Assembly (NCBI GenBank): GCA_964645315.1
Contig: CAZYBH010000001.1
Coordinates: 32,405-96,404, forward strand
Direction: 5' to 3'
Length of the DNA stretch: 64,000 nucleotides
Origin: an uncultured Candidatus Saccharibacteria bacterium
GTDB lineage: Bacteria > Patescibacteriota > Minisyncoccia > Phycocordibacterales > PALSA-1337
Below the pieces are notes generated by a model, which was not told the origin of the DNA, made no database searches, and saw nothing but the letters and a program-made list of their open reading frames with translations. Shown one piece after another: positions 40,770 to 51,865 of this stretch (the first letter of the stretch is position 1; each line of letters opens with the position of its first letter). Made by a program: the position numbers and the translations under genes.

Positions 40770-40835
40770 AAAATGCAAAGTGCAAAGTGCAAAGTTTAAT
40801 CACATCGTGTAAACTTTGCACTTTGCATTTTTCAC
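40766..40835. terminator. Long hairpin of TGCAAAG heptamers between convergent genes
   Basis: GTGAAAAATGCAAAGTGCAAAG ... CTTTGCACTTTGCATTTTTCAC. Confidence 0.7.
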
Positions 40836-40854
40836 TTTTAACTTTATTTTGCAC

Positions 40855-41670
40855 TTACTTCAACAAACTCTCAATAATACCTGTAATCATGGCACTTGGC
40901 ATCGCTCCAGACATGACAATAGTCTTTTTGTCATCGGCCACATAGAGCAGATCTTCTGGTATACGATATTGGACTAGGGCACTTTTGAGATAATTTATTG
41001 AGTTTTGATTGATGTTTCTGTCTAGGACAAAGAAACTTGTAGGTGTGCCTGTAACTCCGGCATTTATACCACTCAATGACTGTTTGCTTATGGATGTCTT
41101 GGCTTTTTCGCTATCCATACATTCTGCAAAATCTACAGTATTTAGACCCAAATCCTTTGCCAAAATCGGTAATTGTTTTTGATCAAGACCGTTTGGGCTT
41201 TGGCCGGTTACTGACGGAGTAAGTTCGTAGAGCTTCTTTTGGTAGTCCCAAAAGGCTTTTTTGCCACCGACTGTGCCGGCGCATTCTATCGCTATAGATT
41301 CATTTCGAGCATTTGGATGCAAGATATTGCCATTTGAGTCTGGTGTATCGAGAGGGAATGATCTATAGACCCAAGCGATCTTGCCGGTTGATCCGTACTT
41401 TGCCATAATCTCATGCATTGTGCTATTGAATACTTTGCAGAATGGACATGAAGGATCAGAATACTCTACGATTTTGATCGATGCATCTGGATTGCCTAGG
41501 ATATTGTCTTCTTTTGTAACGGGAGCAAGATTGACTGAGACTGAGCTCTTGTCTTCTTTTGAAGAAATTTGTTCGACTGGCTTTTTGACATATATGATAG
41601 CAGCGGCAATTATTGCCGCTGAAATTATTATTGCACTAGGAATATTTATAGAGCTTGATTTTGTTTCCAT
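40855..41670 (-). CDS. DsbA-family thioredoxin-fold protein
   Basis: EYSDPSCPFC, GVTGTP, N-terminal TM. Confidence 0.9.
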   Translation of the reverse strand: METKSSSINIPSAIIISAAIIAAAIIYVKKPVEQISSKEDKSSVSVNLAPVTKEDNILGNPDASIKIVEYSDPSCPFCKVFNSTMHEIMAKYGSTGKIAWVYRSFPLDTPDSNGNILHPNARNESIAIECAGTVGGKKAFWDYQKKLYELTPSVTGQSPNGLDQKQLPILAKDLGLNTVDFAECMDSEKAKTSISKQSLSGINAGVTGTPTSFFVLDRNINQNSINYLKSALVQYRIPEDLLYVADDKKTIVMSGAMPSAMITGIIESLLK

Positions 41671-41687
41671 GATTTTTTATTAGATTA

Positions 41688-42263
41688 TTAGAATGGTAAT
41701 GTAAATGTCATTGCATTTGACTCGGATATTTCCCATGAATTTGTATCGAGCTTTAATTCCTTTGTACCGCCAAGATCTTTGTATTTCAAATGTTTATTTT
41801 TCATTGCAAAATCGTACAAATCTCTAGTGAGCCTTACATCTTCTATACAGTATGATACTAGTTTATCAAGTTCTCCGTTTTGCCACCAATGTATAGCATC
41901 AAGACCATGTCCGGTTTTATTTTTGCCTAGAGTAGCTTCACCGACTGTATCAAGTTTCAATCTTCGACCTAAGACTTTTTGCATTTCCTTCATAAGGTCT
42001 AGACTTTTGATCTTGGACAGATCCCCAGGATAGTATTTGTTGAGTAGTGGTATATCGAAATGGTCTCCATTCCAAGTTATAAGCATATCAGCTTGTTCGA
42101 ATATAGGCCAAAGTTTATTGAAATCATTTTCAAAATAACTTGAAAATTGGCCAGTCTCTGAATCGTGAATACAGACTACAGAAATATCCAAATCAACTGG
42201 ATCATTTGAGCCTACATCCTGAAAGATGTTCTTTGTTTCAAGATCAAAAGTAATTTGTCGCAT
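41688..42263 (-). CDS. RNase H-like / DEDD 3'-5' exonuclease domain protein
   Basis: FDLET, WNGDHFDIP, YCIEDV. Confidence 0.82.
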   Translation of the reverse strand: MRQITFDLETKNIFQDVGSNDPVDLDISVVCIHDSETGQFSSYFENDFNKLWPIFEQADMLITWNGDHFDIPLLNKYYPGDLSKIKSLDLMKEMQKVLGRRLKLDTVGEATLGKNKTGHGLDAIHWWQNGELDKLVSYCIEDVRLTRDLYDFAMKNKHLKYKDLGGTKELKLDTNSWEISESNAMTFTLPF

Positions 42264-42267
42264 TTGT

Positions 42268-43557
42268 TTAATTGATGATAAATTTGTGTTCTTCTCCGTT
42301 ATTTAGGTCTTTGATTTTGAGGTTGCCGGTACGGACTTCTTCTTCGCCAATACAGATGACCTTCGGAATGCCTCGTTTATTTGCATTTGAAATTTGATCG
42401 CCAACTTTTTTGTTTGATATATCTACAAATATTTTCATACCTTTTTGGCGCATCTTTTGAGCTAGATCGAGAGCATAGGGAGTGTTTTCTTTGCCCAAAA
42501 TACATATAGCAATATCAGCCACAAGCGCTTTTTTTGGTAAGGTATTGTAGGTTTCCATTATGTCTTTTGCGATGAGGTCTCCAGCTCCAAAACCGACTGC
42601 GGGTACTTTGTCATTTCCAAATAGTGATATGAGATCGTCATACCTGCCACCGCCGAATACTGAGCGACGATTGGCTGGATTGAGATCGAAAATCTCAAAC
42701 ACGGTGCCTGTATAATAGTCGAATCCTCTCATAAGGGTTTGGTCGAAACGGACATTGTTGATGCCGAGATTTCCAAGTCCAGAAATGACCTTTTTGATCT
42801 CATTTAATCCTTGATGTTCTTCTTTTGTTTGAGGTAAGTTTGATGTAAACTCTTCGAAATTTTTTGAATTGAGTAGAGTAATGAATCTCGCTGACTTATC
42901 ATTGTCATCAAGTAATTCTTGGACTCCAAGAGCAAAAGCTTCTGGTTTGATCTTGTCTTTTTTGTCTATGAGCTTGGATAATTTGTATGATTTGTCATCA
43001 TCCAGTGAAAATACTTCCTTGGTGACATAGTTCATCACCTTTCGATTGTTTATTCTTATCTCGAAATCTGTATCACGAAGACCATAAGACTTCACAATAT
43101 CGTATGCAAGGTTGATTATTTCGATCTCAGCGCTGATATCTTCGACGCCGAAAATATCTGCATTGAGTTGCCAATGCTCGCGAGTGCGACCGCGCTGGGG
43201 TTGCTCGTAGCGAAATAGATTTGGGATGGAATACCATCTGACGGGGAAGGCAAGCTCGCGCTTTTTGTGAGCGATCATCCTACCTACGGTCGGAGTCATC
43301 TCTGGTCTGAGTGTCACTTCACGATCGCCACGATCTGTAAAAGTATAGGTCTGTTCGTTTACGATCTCTTCACCAGACTTGGCACGATAGAGCTCGGCGG
43401 GTTCGAGGACTGAGGCGCCGTATTCTTCATAGCCGTATTTCTCGCAATTTGTACGCCAAATGTCGAAGATGGATTTTTCGATAGCCATGTCCTCGGGGTA
43501 GAAGTCTCTTACACCTTTGTATGGCTCTGTACTAAGCTTTTTGTTGAATAATGACAT
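42268..43557 (-). CDS. hisS: Histidyl-tRNA synthetase
   Basis: LRPEMTP, FRYEQPQRGR, RGFDYYTG, GGGRYD. Confidence 0.97.
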   Translation of the reverse strand: MSLFNKKLSTEPYKGVRDFYPEDMAIEKSIFDIWRTNCEKYGYEEYGASVLEPAELYRAKSGEEIVNEQTYTFTDRGDREVTLRPEMTPTVGRMIAHKKRELAFPVRWYSIPNLFRYEQPQRGRTREHWQLNADIFGVEDISAEIEIINLAYDIVKSYGLRDTDFEIRINNRKVMNYVTKEVFSLDDDKSYKLSKLIDKKDKIKPEAFALGVQELLDDNDKSARFITLLNSKNFEEFTSNLPQTKEEHQGLNEIKKVISGLGNLGINNVRFDQTLMRGFDYYTGTVFEIFDLNPANRRSVFGGGRYDDLISLFGNDKVPAVGFGAGDLIAKDIMETYNTLPKKALVADIAICILGKENTPYALDLAQKMRQKGMKIFVDISNKKVGDQISNANKRGIPKVICIGEEEVRTGNLKIKDLNNGEEHKFIIN

Positions 43558-43595
43558 ACGACCATTGTATCAGAATTATTTTTTTAGTGAAATAC

Positions 43596-43738
43596 AAAAA
43601 AGGCCGCGATGCACAACTCACACGTAGTGGTCATACATCCGGCCCGGTGAGTTGCGAGACATTACCAGCATCGATACCTCGAGGTTCGCTATGATGGCTA
43701 GTCATGGGATGGGTGTCTAATCCACCTTTTCGCAACTG
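43596..43738 (-). ncRNA. Candidate ~140-nt leader/sRNA with alternative terminator and antiterminator, upstream of hisS
   Basis: TTGCAT(43772-43767)-17-TACACT(43749-43744); terminator stem 43644..43602 plus T6; mutually exclusive helices. Confidence 0.55.
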
Positions 43739-43824
43739 ATTTGAGTGTAGCATAACATCATTATTGATGCAAGGCATCATCTACCCACTCTACACCTTGT
43801 AGCCACGATTTTGGCAAGCAGAAT

Positions 43825-43906
43825 ATGGCTCAACAGAGCAACATTTGTGAGGTTTAACCTCGCAAAATGCAAAAACACTTGACAAAGTTGATGGATATGC
43901 TATACT
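43825..43906 (+). promoter_or_regulatory. Shared cassette promoter module, copy A
   Basis: GGCTC-AACA-GAGC motif, 21-bp palindrome, TTGACA(43879)-16-TGc-TATACT(43901); 71/82 identical to 53879-53960. Confidence 0.85.
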
Positions 43907-43912
43907 ATTTAC

Positions 43913-44246
43913 AGTAAGAACATTGAATACGACTGAATCGCACGCACCATAATGGGTTTGAAATTTGAACCTAATATGGTGCGCGCGACGACAGCTGAAT
44001 CTGAGGGTCAGGGGGAGGTACGCCCCAACCAAGCCTAATAGGCTAAACTCATGGTTCAGTGTACCTGGAGGAAACTTCGGGGATCAGTCGCTAGCGGCCA
44101 GCCCTTAAATAGGGCGCTTCATCTCCGATGTCACAGGAGAACGAGCATTGTGCTCGTAAGCAGAAAAACGTCCGAAAGGACGAAACATAGATGCTAGTGA
44201 CGGCATCAGGGCGCGGAGGATGAATCTTCCGCGCCCCTTTCTTTTT
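43913..44246 (+). ncRNA. Candidate structured ncRNA A (~335 nt)
   Basis: Strong promoter, about ten hairpins, long-range CGACTGA/TCAGTCG pairing, terminator GGGCGCGGAG...TTCCGCGCCC plus T-tract; no credible ORF. Confidence 0.7.
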
Positions 44247-44265
44247 GTAAATAAATTTCAATTAT

Positions 44266-44320
44266 TTCTCTGTAGAAACTGTGTACAAAAACCCCGAGGT
44301 CTCGCCTCGGGAGAGTGGCT
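44266..44320 (+). repeat. Diverged copy of the 52-bp cassette flank
   Basis: AAACTGTGTACAAAA.CCCGAGGTCTCGCCTCGGGA aligns with 53829-53880 and 54388-54439. Confidence 0.85.
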
Positions 44321-44336
44321 ATGTTAGGATAACATT

Positions 44337-45314
44337 ATGAAACGGATAATAATAAAAGAGGGTCCAGTAGTTTTCCTTCGAAATGTTATTGTTATGGAAT
44401 TATTGGCTACGCTACTTTTTATTGGCGCATCTTATTTGGCAAATTACGAGCAATTGTTCCTAGGTTTCCATTTCAATAAATACGTGACCTATGGAAATTT
44501 CATGGTGACCTTATTTTCCGCTTTTCAGATTATTTATATCCTGGCTCTATTTTTTGATTGGTATTTGAAATATTTTGAAATTAGAGAAAAAGAAATAGTA
44601 AAACACACCGGCCTTATTTTCAAAAGTAAGAGATCTGTTTCCTTGCTCCATATTGTAGCAGTAGAGACAAGTCAAAGTCCCATAGATAGGATATTGAAGC
44701 ATGCTACTTTGACCTTGGAACATGATAATGGTCGCATAACTAAGATTCGCAATGTAGCTGGTTATGAAGAATATGTAGAAATGATAAAGCAGACTATAGA
44801 CAATTCTCTCAAAAAACCTATACATTCAAGAAGTTTACAGATGTTTCTCAAAGAAGGTGAAGGATTATTTTTGGAATTTAAGCAGACATTGCGTTATGAC
44901 ATCAGGAAAAAGACAATTAGCAAGGATGTAGAGAGGGCGGTGATCAAGACTATTGCCGGATTTATGAATGCTGATGGAGGTACGCTTATCATTGGTGTCG
45001 ATGATGATGGCAAGGTCGTCGGTCTCAAAAATGACTTTGCTACTCTAGCCAAAGCCAATCGAGACGGTTTCGAAAATCATCTTATCAATCTTGTAAAGAC
45101 AATGCTTGGAGTAAAGTTTGCAAACTATATCCATATTAGATTTGAATATTTCAATGGCAACGAAGCCTGTATTGTTGCAGTAGATCCGAGTCATAAACCT
45201 GCCTATATTCCAAATTCCGATGGCAAAGAAGAATTCTTTGTCCGCATGGGTAATTCTACCCAACCATTCTCAATGAGTGAGGCGGAAGAGTATATAAAGA
45301 CGAGGTGGAAATAG
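44337..45314 (+). CDS. Membrane bPH_2-like domain fused to a Schlafen/AlbA_2 domain
   Basis: Two TMs, then a YdbS/bPH_2-like segment; EGEGLFLEFK, AGFMNADGGTLIIGVDDDG, FFVRMGNST. Confidence 0.8.
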   Translation: MKRIIIKEGPVVFLRNVIVMELLATLLFIGASYLANYEQLFLGFHFNKYVTYGNFMVTLFSAFQIIYILALFFDWYLKYFEIREKEIVKHTGLIFKSKRSVSLLHIVAVETSQSPIDRILKHATLTLEHDNGRITKIRNVAGYEEYVEMIKQTIDNSLKKPIHSRSLQMFLKEGEGLFLEFKQTLRYDIRKKTISKDVERAVIKTIAGFMNADGGTLIIGVDDDGKVVGLKNDFATLAKANRDGFENHLINLVKTMLGVKFANYIHIRFEYFNGNEACIVAVDPSHKPAYIPNSDGKEEFFVRMGNSTQPFSMSEAEEYIKTRWK

Positions 45315-45403
45315 GTTGCAATCTTAAAAATTAAATCTTAAATCTAAAATCTTGGCATGCATCTCAAATCTGTAGCTTGTTAGACTCAACTTTGAACTTC
45401 TCA

Positions 45404-47224
<1,821 letters not shown>

Positions 47225-47410
47225 TTGATATAAAAAGGAGCCTTTGGCTCGGTCCTTAAGTAAAGCATAAAAATAGGCGTGAAGTCAAGAAGAGGATATC
47301 GAAGGATGTCGGAGGATGTTGCACATCCTTTGTGAGGTTAAACCTCACAAAATAAACCGAGCTCCCAGAGGGAGCTCGTGTATGGACGAATCAGAGATCG
47401 TTCTGTCCGT

Positions 47411-47584
47411 CTATCCGCGGGAGGCGTGGTGGATGTTGGACGTTCCCGATGTTGAAGACGGCCGACAATCGAGACCAAACCTGTCATTGGGCCGTCTGGC
47501 CCGATTGGGTTTGGAATGGTTGGTCGGAGCCTTTTTGGGTCGTTCCATTCCAGGATCCCATCCGCGATGTTGTCGATCACTCAT
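47411..47584 (-). other. Stand-alone GC-rich unit: 57-aa basic peptide ORF or sRNA
   Basis: TTGGCA-17-TAGTAT promoter near 47636-47663; terminator CGAGCTCCC-TCT-GGGAGCTCG near 47357-47377. Confidence 0.45.
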
Positions 47585-47791
47585 GGTGTTTTCCAATAAA
47601 TTCCAACCCCTCACTGGAGCTGGTTCGAGTAAATATACTACATCATTTATAAAAAAATGCCAATGGGGATTATTACCTCAGGGGATGTACCCCTCTATTT
47701 CATCGGGGCAAGACACATCCTTTGGCGAAAAAGTTTTATCTTTTCTTTATGGAAAATTCATAAGAATTTCATTTGGTTTTGATAGAGTACA

Positions 47792-48931
47792 GTGATGAGT
47801 GAAATAAAAAAAGAAAAATGTGAATTTCCAAATAATCCACCAAGTGCAGTTTCGGCAATCGATCAGCTACTGGCTTTTTGTGTAGACATCAGGGCTTCCG
47901 ATATTCATTGCGATCCCGAAGAATTGTCGATCAAAGTTCGGGCTCGCGTTGACGGCATAATGCAATTGATCGGCTATTTACCAAAAAAACTTTATCAAGA
48001 GTTCATTACAAGACTCAAGATCCTTTCAGGTACAAGGACTGATCTTCATCTAGTACCCCAAGACGGCCGATGGAGAGCTTCGGTTGATGGGTATTACTAC
48101 AATATTCGCATTTCATTTATGCCCACTTATTACGGAGAAAATGCAGTACTTAGGATATTACCGGCTCGAGCAGATGATATAGAGACTTTCGTTGGGCTTG
48201 GTTTTAGTGCGAATCATCAAGATCTCATCAGAACTTCTCTTAGTTACAAAAACGGCCTAATCCTTGTCACTGGTCCGACCGGATCGGGCAAGACTACGAC
48301 ACTTAGATCGTGTCTTGGTCTCATTGCTCGCGAACCTATTTCCATCATCACTCTTGAGGATCCGGTCGAATACGAAATCCAAAATGTCAGACAAATCCAC
48401 ATCCGGCACGATCTTGGTGTAAGTTTCGCTTCAGCTTTGAGATCGTGCTTGAGACAAGATCCCGATGTCATTATGGTGGGAGAGATTCGAGACTCTGAGA
48501 CTGCCAAGATTGCGATCCACACAGCTCTCACTGGTCATTTGGTCTTATCTACATTACATACAAATTCTGCTCTTGAGACAATACCTAGACTTATCGATAT
48601 GGGTGTCGATGACTATCTTCTATCATCCACTTTGCGCTTGATTATATCCCAAAGGTTAATTCGTAAAGTTTGCATAAGATGTCACTTCAAGACTTGTGAA
48701 CAGTGCAATTATACTGGTTACAAGGGTAGAGCTGTCATCGCGGAAGTGCTAGAAGTCGATCAAGTTTTGGCCCATTTGATCTACAAAAAAGCCGATCTGG
48801 AACAAATAAAAAAGCACATATTTTCTCGTGGTTTTATCCCAATATACGAAGATGCATGCGAAAAAGTCGATTGGGGCATGACCACAAAACAAGAAGTAAT
48901 GAATATCCTAAATAGCCATGACAAAAAATAA
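47792..48931 (+). CDS. GspE/PilB/ComGA-family assembly ATPase lacking the N-terminal domain
   Basis: ASDIH, PQDGR, GPTGSGKTT, LEDPVEY, LRQDPD, GHLVLSTLH. Confidence 0.93.
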   Translation: MMSEIKKEKCEFPNNPPSAVSAIDQLLAFCVDIRASDIHCDPEELSIKVRARVDGIMQLIGYLPKKLYQEFITRLKILSGTRTDLHLVPQDGRWRASVDGYYYNIRISFMPTYYGENAVLRILPARADDIETFVGLGFSANHQDLIRTSLSYKNGLILVTGPTGSGKTTTLRSCLGLIAREPISIITLEDPVEYEIQNVRQIHIRHDLGVSFASALRSCLRQDPDVIMVGEIRDSETAKIAIHTALTGHLVLSTLHTNSALETIPRLIDMGVDDYLLSSTLRLIISQRLIRKVCIRCHFKTCEQCNYTGYKGRAVIAEVLEVDQVLAHLIYKKADLEQIKKHIFSRGFIPIYEDACEKVDWGMTTKQEVMNILNSHDKK

Positions 48932-49967
48932 TTTTAAAATAAAAAAGTCTGATCTCATATTGTTTTTTAATCGTTTGGAAATGTATATTTCATCTGGTTT
49001 TGCTATCGACAAGGCTCTTGCGATAATCGCTTCAAGTTCGGGCAAAAGACTCAAGAGACCGCTCGATCTTATTGGTAATGATCTCGGTAGTGGCGAGCAT
49101 TTGTCCAAATCTCTATTACGAAGATTTTCTATAAATTCCAGTTTATTCAATTTGATTGAGAATGGCGAAAATTCTGGCAGGCTAAAGGAATCACTGATAT
49201 TTTGTTCAGAATTATTGGAGAAGGAGAGCAATCTCCAAAAAAAGTGCCTTGGTGCTCTTACATATCCACTTGTCATCGGTATATTTTCTTTCGGTCTGAC
49301 ACTATTTCTCATTCAAGGTGTTATGAAACAGATTATACCCTTGCTCCGAAGCCTCAAGATTGCTTTGCCTATTAGTACAAAAATACTTATTTTCTTCTCA
49401 TCTTTTATAACAAAATATTATTTATTGATAATTATATTTTTGATTATCATAGTGCCACTTTCTCATTTTATTTATAAGAAATATCAAATCACAAAGTACT
49501 TATTTCAAAAGTTTCTTATCAAGATTCCTATTTTGGGCAAGACAATAATTCAATATCAAGCTTTTATAGTGACAAAATCCATAGGCTCACTCCTTAGGGC
49601 AGGACTCGGTATAGATTCTGCTTATAGAGATGTCTTTTTTCATTGTCGCCTCATTCCATTCCGCGATCATTTCATGGCATATTCAAGACAGATCACTGAA
49701 GGCTTGCCAGTCTATATTCCTTTTTCCAAATTTCATTTAGCCATATACATACCAGCTCTTATCGAAGCTGGCGAGCTTTCTGGTCAATTGGCAAATTCCT
49801 TTATCAAATGTTCTGACTTGATAGAGAAGGATATGGATAGTTTTATCAAAAGATTTACCGTACTTATCGAACCATTGATGATGATTTTGGTCGGTAGCAT
49901 TGTCGGCTTTGTCGCTGTTTCGATTATGTTACCGATTTATAGCATTTCAAATACCCTCCAAAAATGA
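48918..49967 (+). CDS. GspF/PilC/ComGB-family platform protein
   Basis: GENSGRL, ALTYP, GELSGQL, IEPLMMILVG. Confidence 0.9.
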   Translation: MTKNNFKIKKSDLILFFNRLEMYISSGFAIDKALAIIASSSGKRLKRPLDLIGNDLGSGEHLSKSLLRRFSINSSLFNLIENGENSGRLKESLIFCSELLEKESNLQKKCLGALTYPLVIGIFSFGLTLFLIQGVMKQIIPLLRSLKIALPISTKILIFFSSFITKYYLLIIIFLIIIVPLSHFIYKKYQITKYLFQKFLIKIPILGKTIIQYQAFIVTKSIGSLLRAGLGIDSAYRDVFFHCRLIPFRDHFMAYSRQITEGLPVYIPFSKFHLAIYIPALIEAGELSGQLANSFIKCSDLIEKDMDSFIKRFTVLIEPLMMILVGSIVGFVAVSIMLPIYSISNTLQK

Positions 49968-51367
49968 AAAATTCAAATCGTCCAAATTTACGAGGAAGTC
50001 TGCTTTTAGATTTTATGATGGCTTTTTCTATTGGTCTATTATTTACAAATTTTATATACACCATAAATAGTCAGACAAGATTATTATTAAATAAAGCCGA
50101 GGATAGCATTGATTTTATTTCCAACTATCAAGTTTTGAAGGGTCAAGTTTCTTCACAAAATTTGCAATCTATATCCTCATCATCATTTATCATGGCCAAA
50201 AAAAGCTATGGCAATTATTTTATCCAAAATTACTTTTTGAGTACCAGTTCAGATCATTTATTGAATGAAATATTTACAAATATTCAAGTCGAGAAGTCAG
50301 ATGGTAAGGATTTATGCAATCCACTCATCCATGAAGAATATCCAATTGGATCCTATGAAGATTACAAAGATCTAACAAGTAACGGTACAAGTACTTATGG
50401 TATATCGATTAGGAATATAAATATACCTATTTCTGTCGACAATATTCCCACAGATTTCCTGGTTCGCAGTGGTATTGCCTATATTAGTCTCGATTCAAAC
50501 ATCCAAAATGATCCAGATATAATTGTGATCGATATAAGAGGTGAGCCAAAGATATTGTCTAGCCTCAATACTGGCCCTGGTATATCGTCTCTGGCTTTTG
50601 TTGGAGATCGGATATTTGCTTCGGTTTTAAGTACTACAAATCAGGTCCAGATTATTGATTTGGACAATAATCGCAAATTAAGCTTAGTAACAAAATACAA
50701 ATTACCATTACCATATGCGACGGCGACACCACCGCTTGGTAGCAGTATTAGTTTCAACTATCCATACATTTATCTAGGCACAAATAAATGGGACGGTGAT
50801 GAATTTAATATTCTGTCTCTGACTGGTAATTCTCTTACAAGAAATTCCGGTTTTGAAGTGGGAAGTAAGGTCAATTTTATAGATTACGATGCCAAAAGTA
50901 TATATTTATCTGGCTCAAACCAAAATCAATTATTGAGATTGGACTATGAAGGGAGTTCAATTTTGCAAAGTGAGAGATTTGGTCCGAGCGGTTACGAAAG
51001 ACAAGAGGGCAAAGTCACGCATATATTTGAAGATTCATTATATTTTGGCCGCACCAGTGGCGGTTTTGATTTGCCAAATGATCATGAAATATTCTCATTT
51101 CCTCATACTTTAGCCGATACAAAATTTGACAATCCATACTCGATAAATATCACCGGCGGTATATATGGCATTGTCGCCGACAAAAATAGCCTCTTTGCAA
51201 TAACGAGAATTCCCAATTCAGAATTATTAGTATTTGATAGAAATCTCCATACAATCCAGAACGTCTCATTGCCAATAAGTCCAAAAGCATTGCATTGTGA
51301 TATGGACAAGCTTTATGTCCTTGCAAATAATGCTCCATTTATCAGTGAAATAACAATAAAAAAATGA
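49964..51367 (+). CDS. Minor-pilin-like protein with beta-propeller-like C-terminus
   Basis: RGSLLLDFMMAF prepilin-like N-terminus; repeated beta-strand blades; 4-nt overlaps with neighbours. Confidence 0.7.
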   Translation: MKNSNRPNLRGSLLLDFMMAFSIGLLFTNFIYTINSQTRLLLNKAEDSIDFISNYQVLKGQVSSQNLQSISSSSFIMAKKSYGNYFIQNYFLSTSSDHLLNEIFTNIQVEKSDGKDLCNPLIHEEYPIGSYEDYKDLTSNGTSTYGISIRNINIPISVDNIPTDFLVRSGIAYISLDSNIQNDPDIIVIDIRGEPKILSSLNTGPGISSLAFVGDRIFASVLSTTNQVQIIDLDNNRKLSLVTKYKLPLPYATATPPLGSSISFNYPYIYLGTNKWDGDEFNILSLTGNSLTRNSGFEVGSKVNFIDYDAKSIYLSGSNQNQLLRLDYEGSSILQSERFGPSGYERQEGKVTHIFEDSLYFGRTSGGFDLPNDHEIFSFPHTLADTKFDNPYSINITGGIYGIVADKNSLFAITRIPNSELLVFDRNLHTIQNVSLPISPKALHCDMDKLYVLANNAPFISEITIKK

Positions 51368-51513
51368 ATAAAAAAGGCTTTACTCTTATTGAGACTATCA
51401 TGTACATATTTTTAACATCTTTTTTGCTTTCAAATCTTATAAATTTTGGCTTCTATATTTACAGAGATAATAATAAAAATAATGAACAAATTAATAACCT
51501 TTTTTCAAAATAG
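51364..51513 (+). CDS. 49-aa mini-prepilin absent from the ORF track
   Basis: MNKKGF-TLIETIMYIFLTSFLL...; ATGA overlap with the previous gene. Confidence 0.75.
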   Translation: MNKKGFTLIETIMYIFLTSFLLSNLINFGFYIYRDNNKNNEQINNLFSK

Positions 51514-51865
51514 AAAAAGTGATAATAGGGGTTTCGTCGCTTTTACTGCTAGTTTTATTTTGGTCTTTTCTTTATTTTATTTCAGCTTGATTTTATTAGA
51601 AAATAGCTTTAGCGCCTATGATTTTGCAAAAAGAAATGAGTATCGTATTCAGGGCAATTTCAATATAAAATTTTGCCAGAATTATGCAAAACTGATGATC
51701 TCAAAAGATTACTATCTTTCTGGTTATTTCAGTTTGTCATTCGGTTGCTCCCTATTTTTTATTAGAAATGGAAATGCTGTCCAAGTACAAGCGAGTACAA
51801 CTATTGGAGATATTGTATTTAGAGATACAAAACTTTATGAGATAGGCAATTATGAAATAAAATAG
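51482..51865 (+). CDS. Minor pilin (PilX/ComGG-like)
   Basis: NRGFVAFTASFILVF prepilin-like helix lacking Glu5; last gene of the operon. Confidence 0.65.
   Translation: MNKLITFFQNRKSDNRGFVAFTASFILVFSLFYFSLILLENSFSAYDFAKRNEYRIQGNFNIKFCQNYAKLMISKDYYLSGYFSLSFGCSLFFIRNGNAVQVQASTTIGDIVFRDTKLYEIGNYEIK

Noticed and set aside
43596-43738. T-box riboswitch for hisS
   Set aside because: Too short, with no Stem I specifier architecture or GGTGGNACCGCG consensus
44064-44082. GGAGGAAACTTCGGG resembling the RNase P GAGGAAAGUCC motif
   Set aside because: Two mismatches, mid-molecule position, local hairpin, and no 3' P4 partner (AACCCGGCTTA-like)
44160-44190. GTCC-GAAA-GGAC-GAAAC resembling hammerhead stem II plus GAAA
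   Set aside because: The required upstream CUGANGA core is absent (CAGAAAAAC instead); simplest reading is a GNRA hairpin
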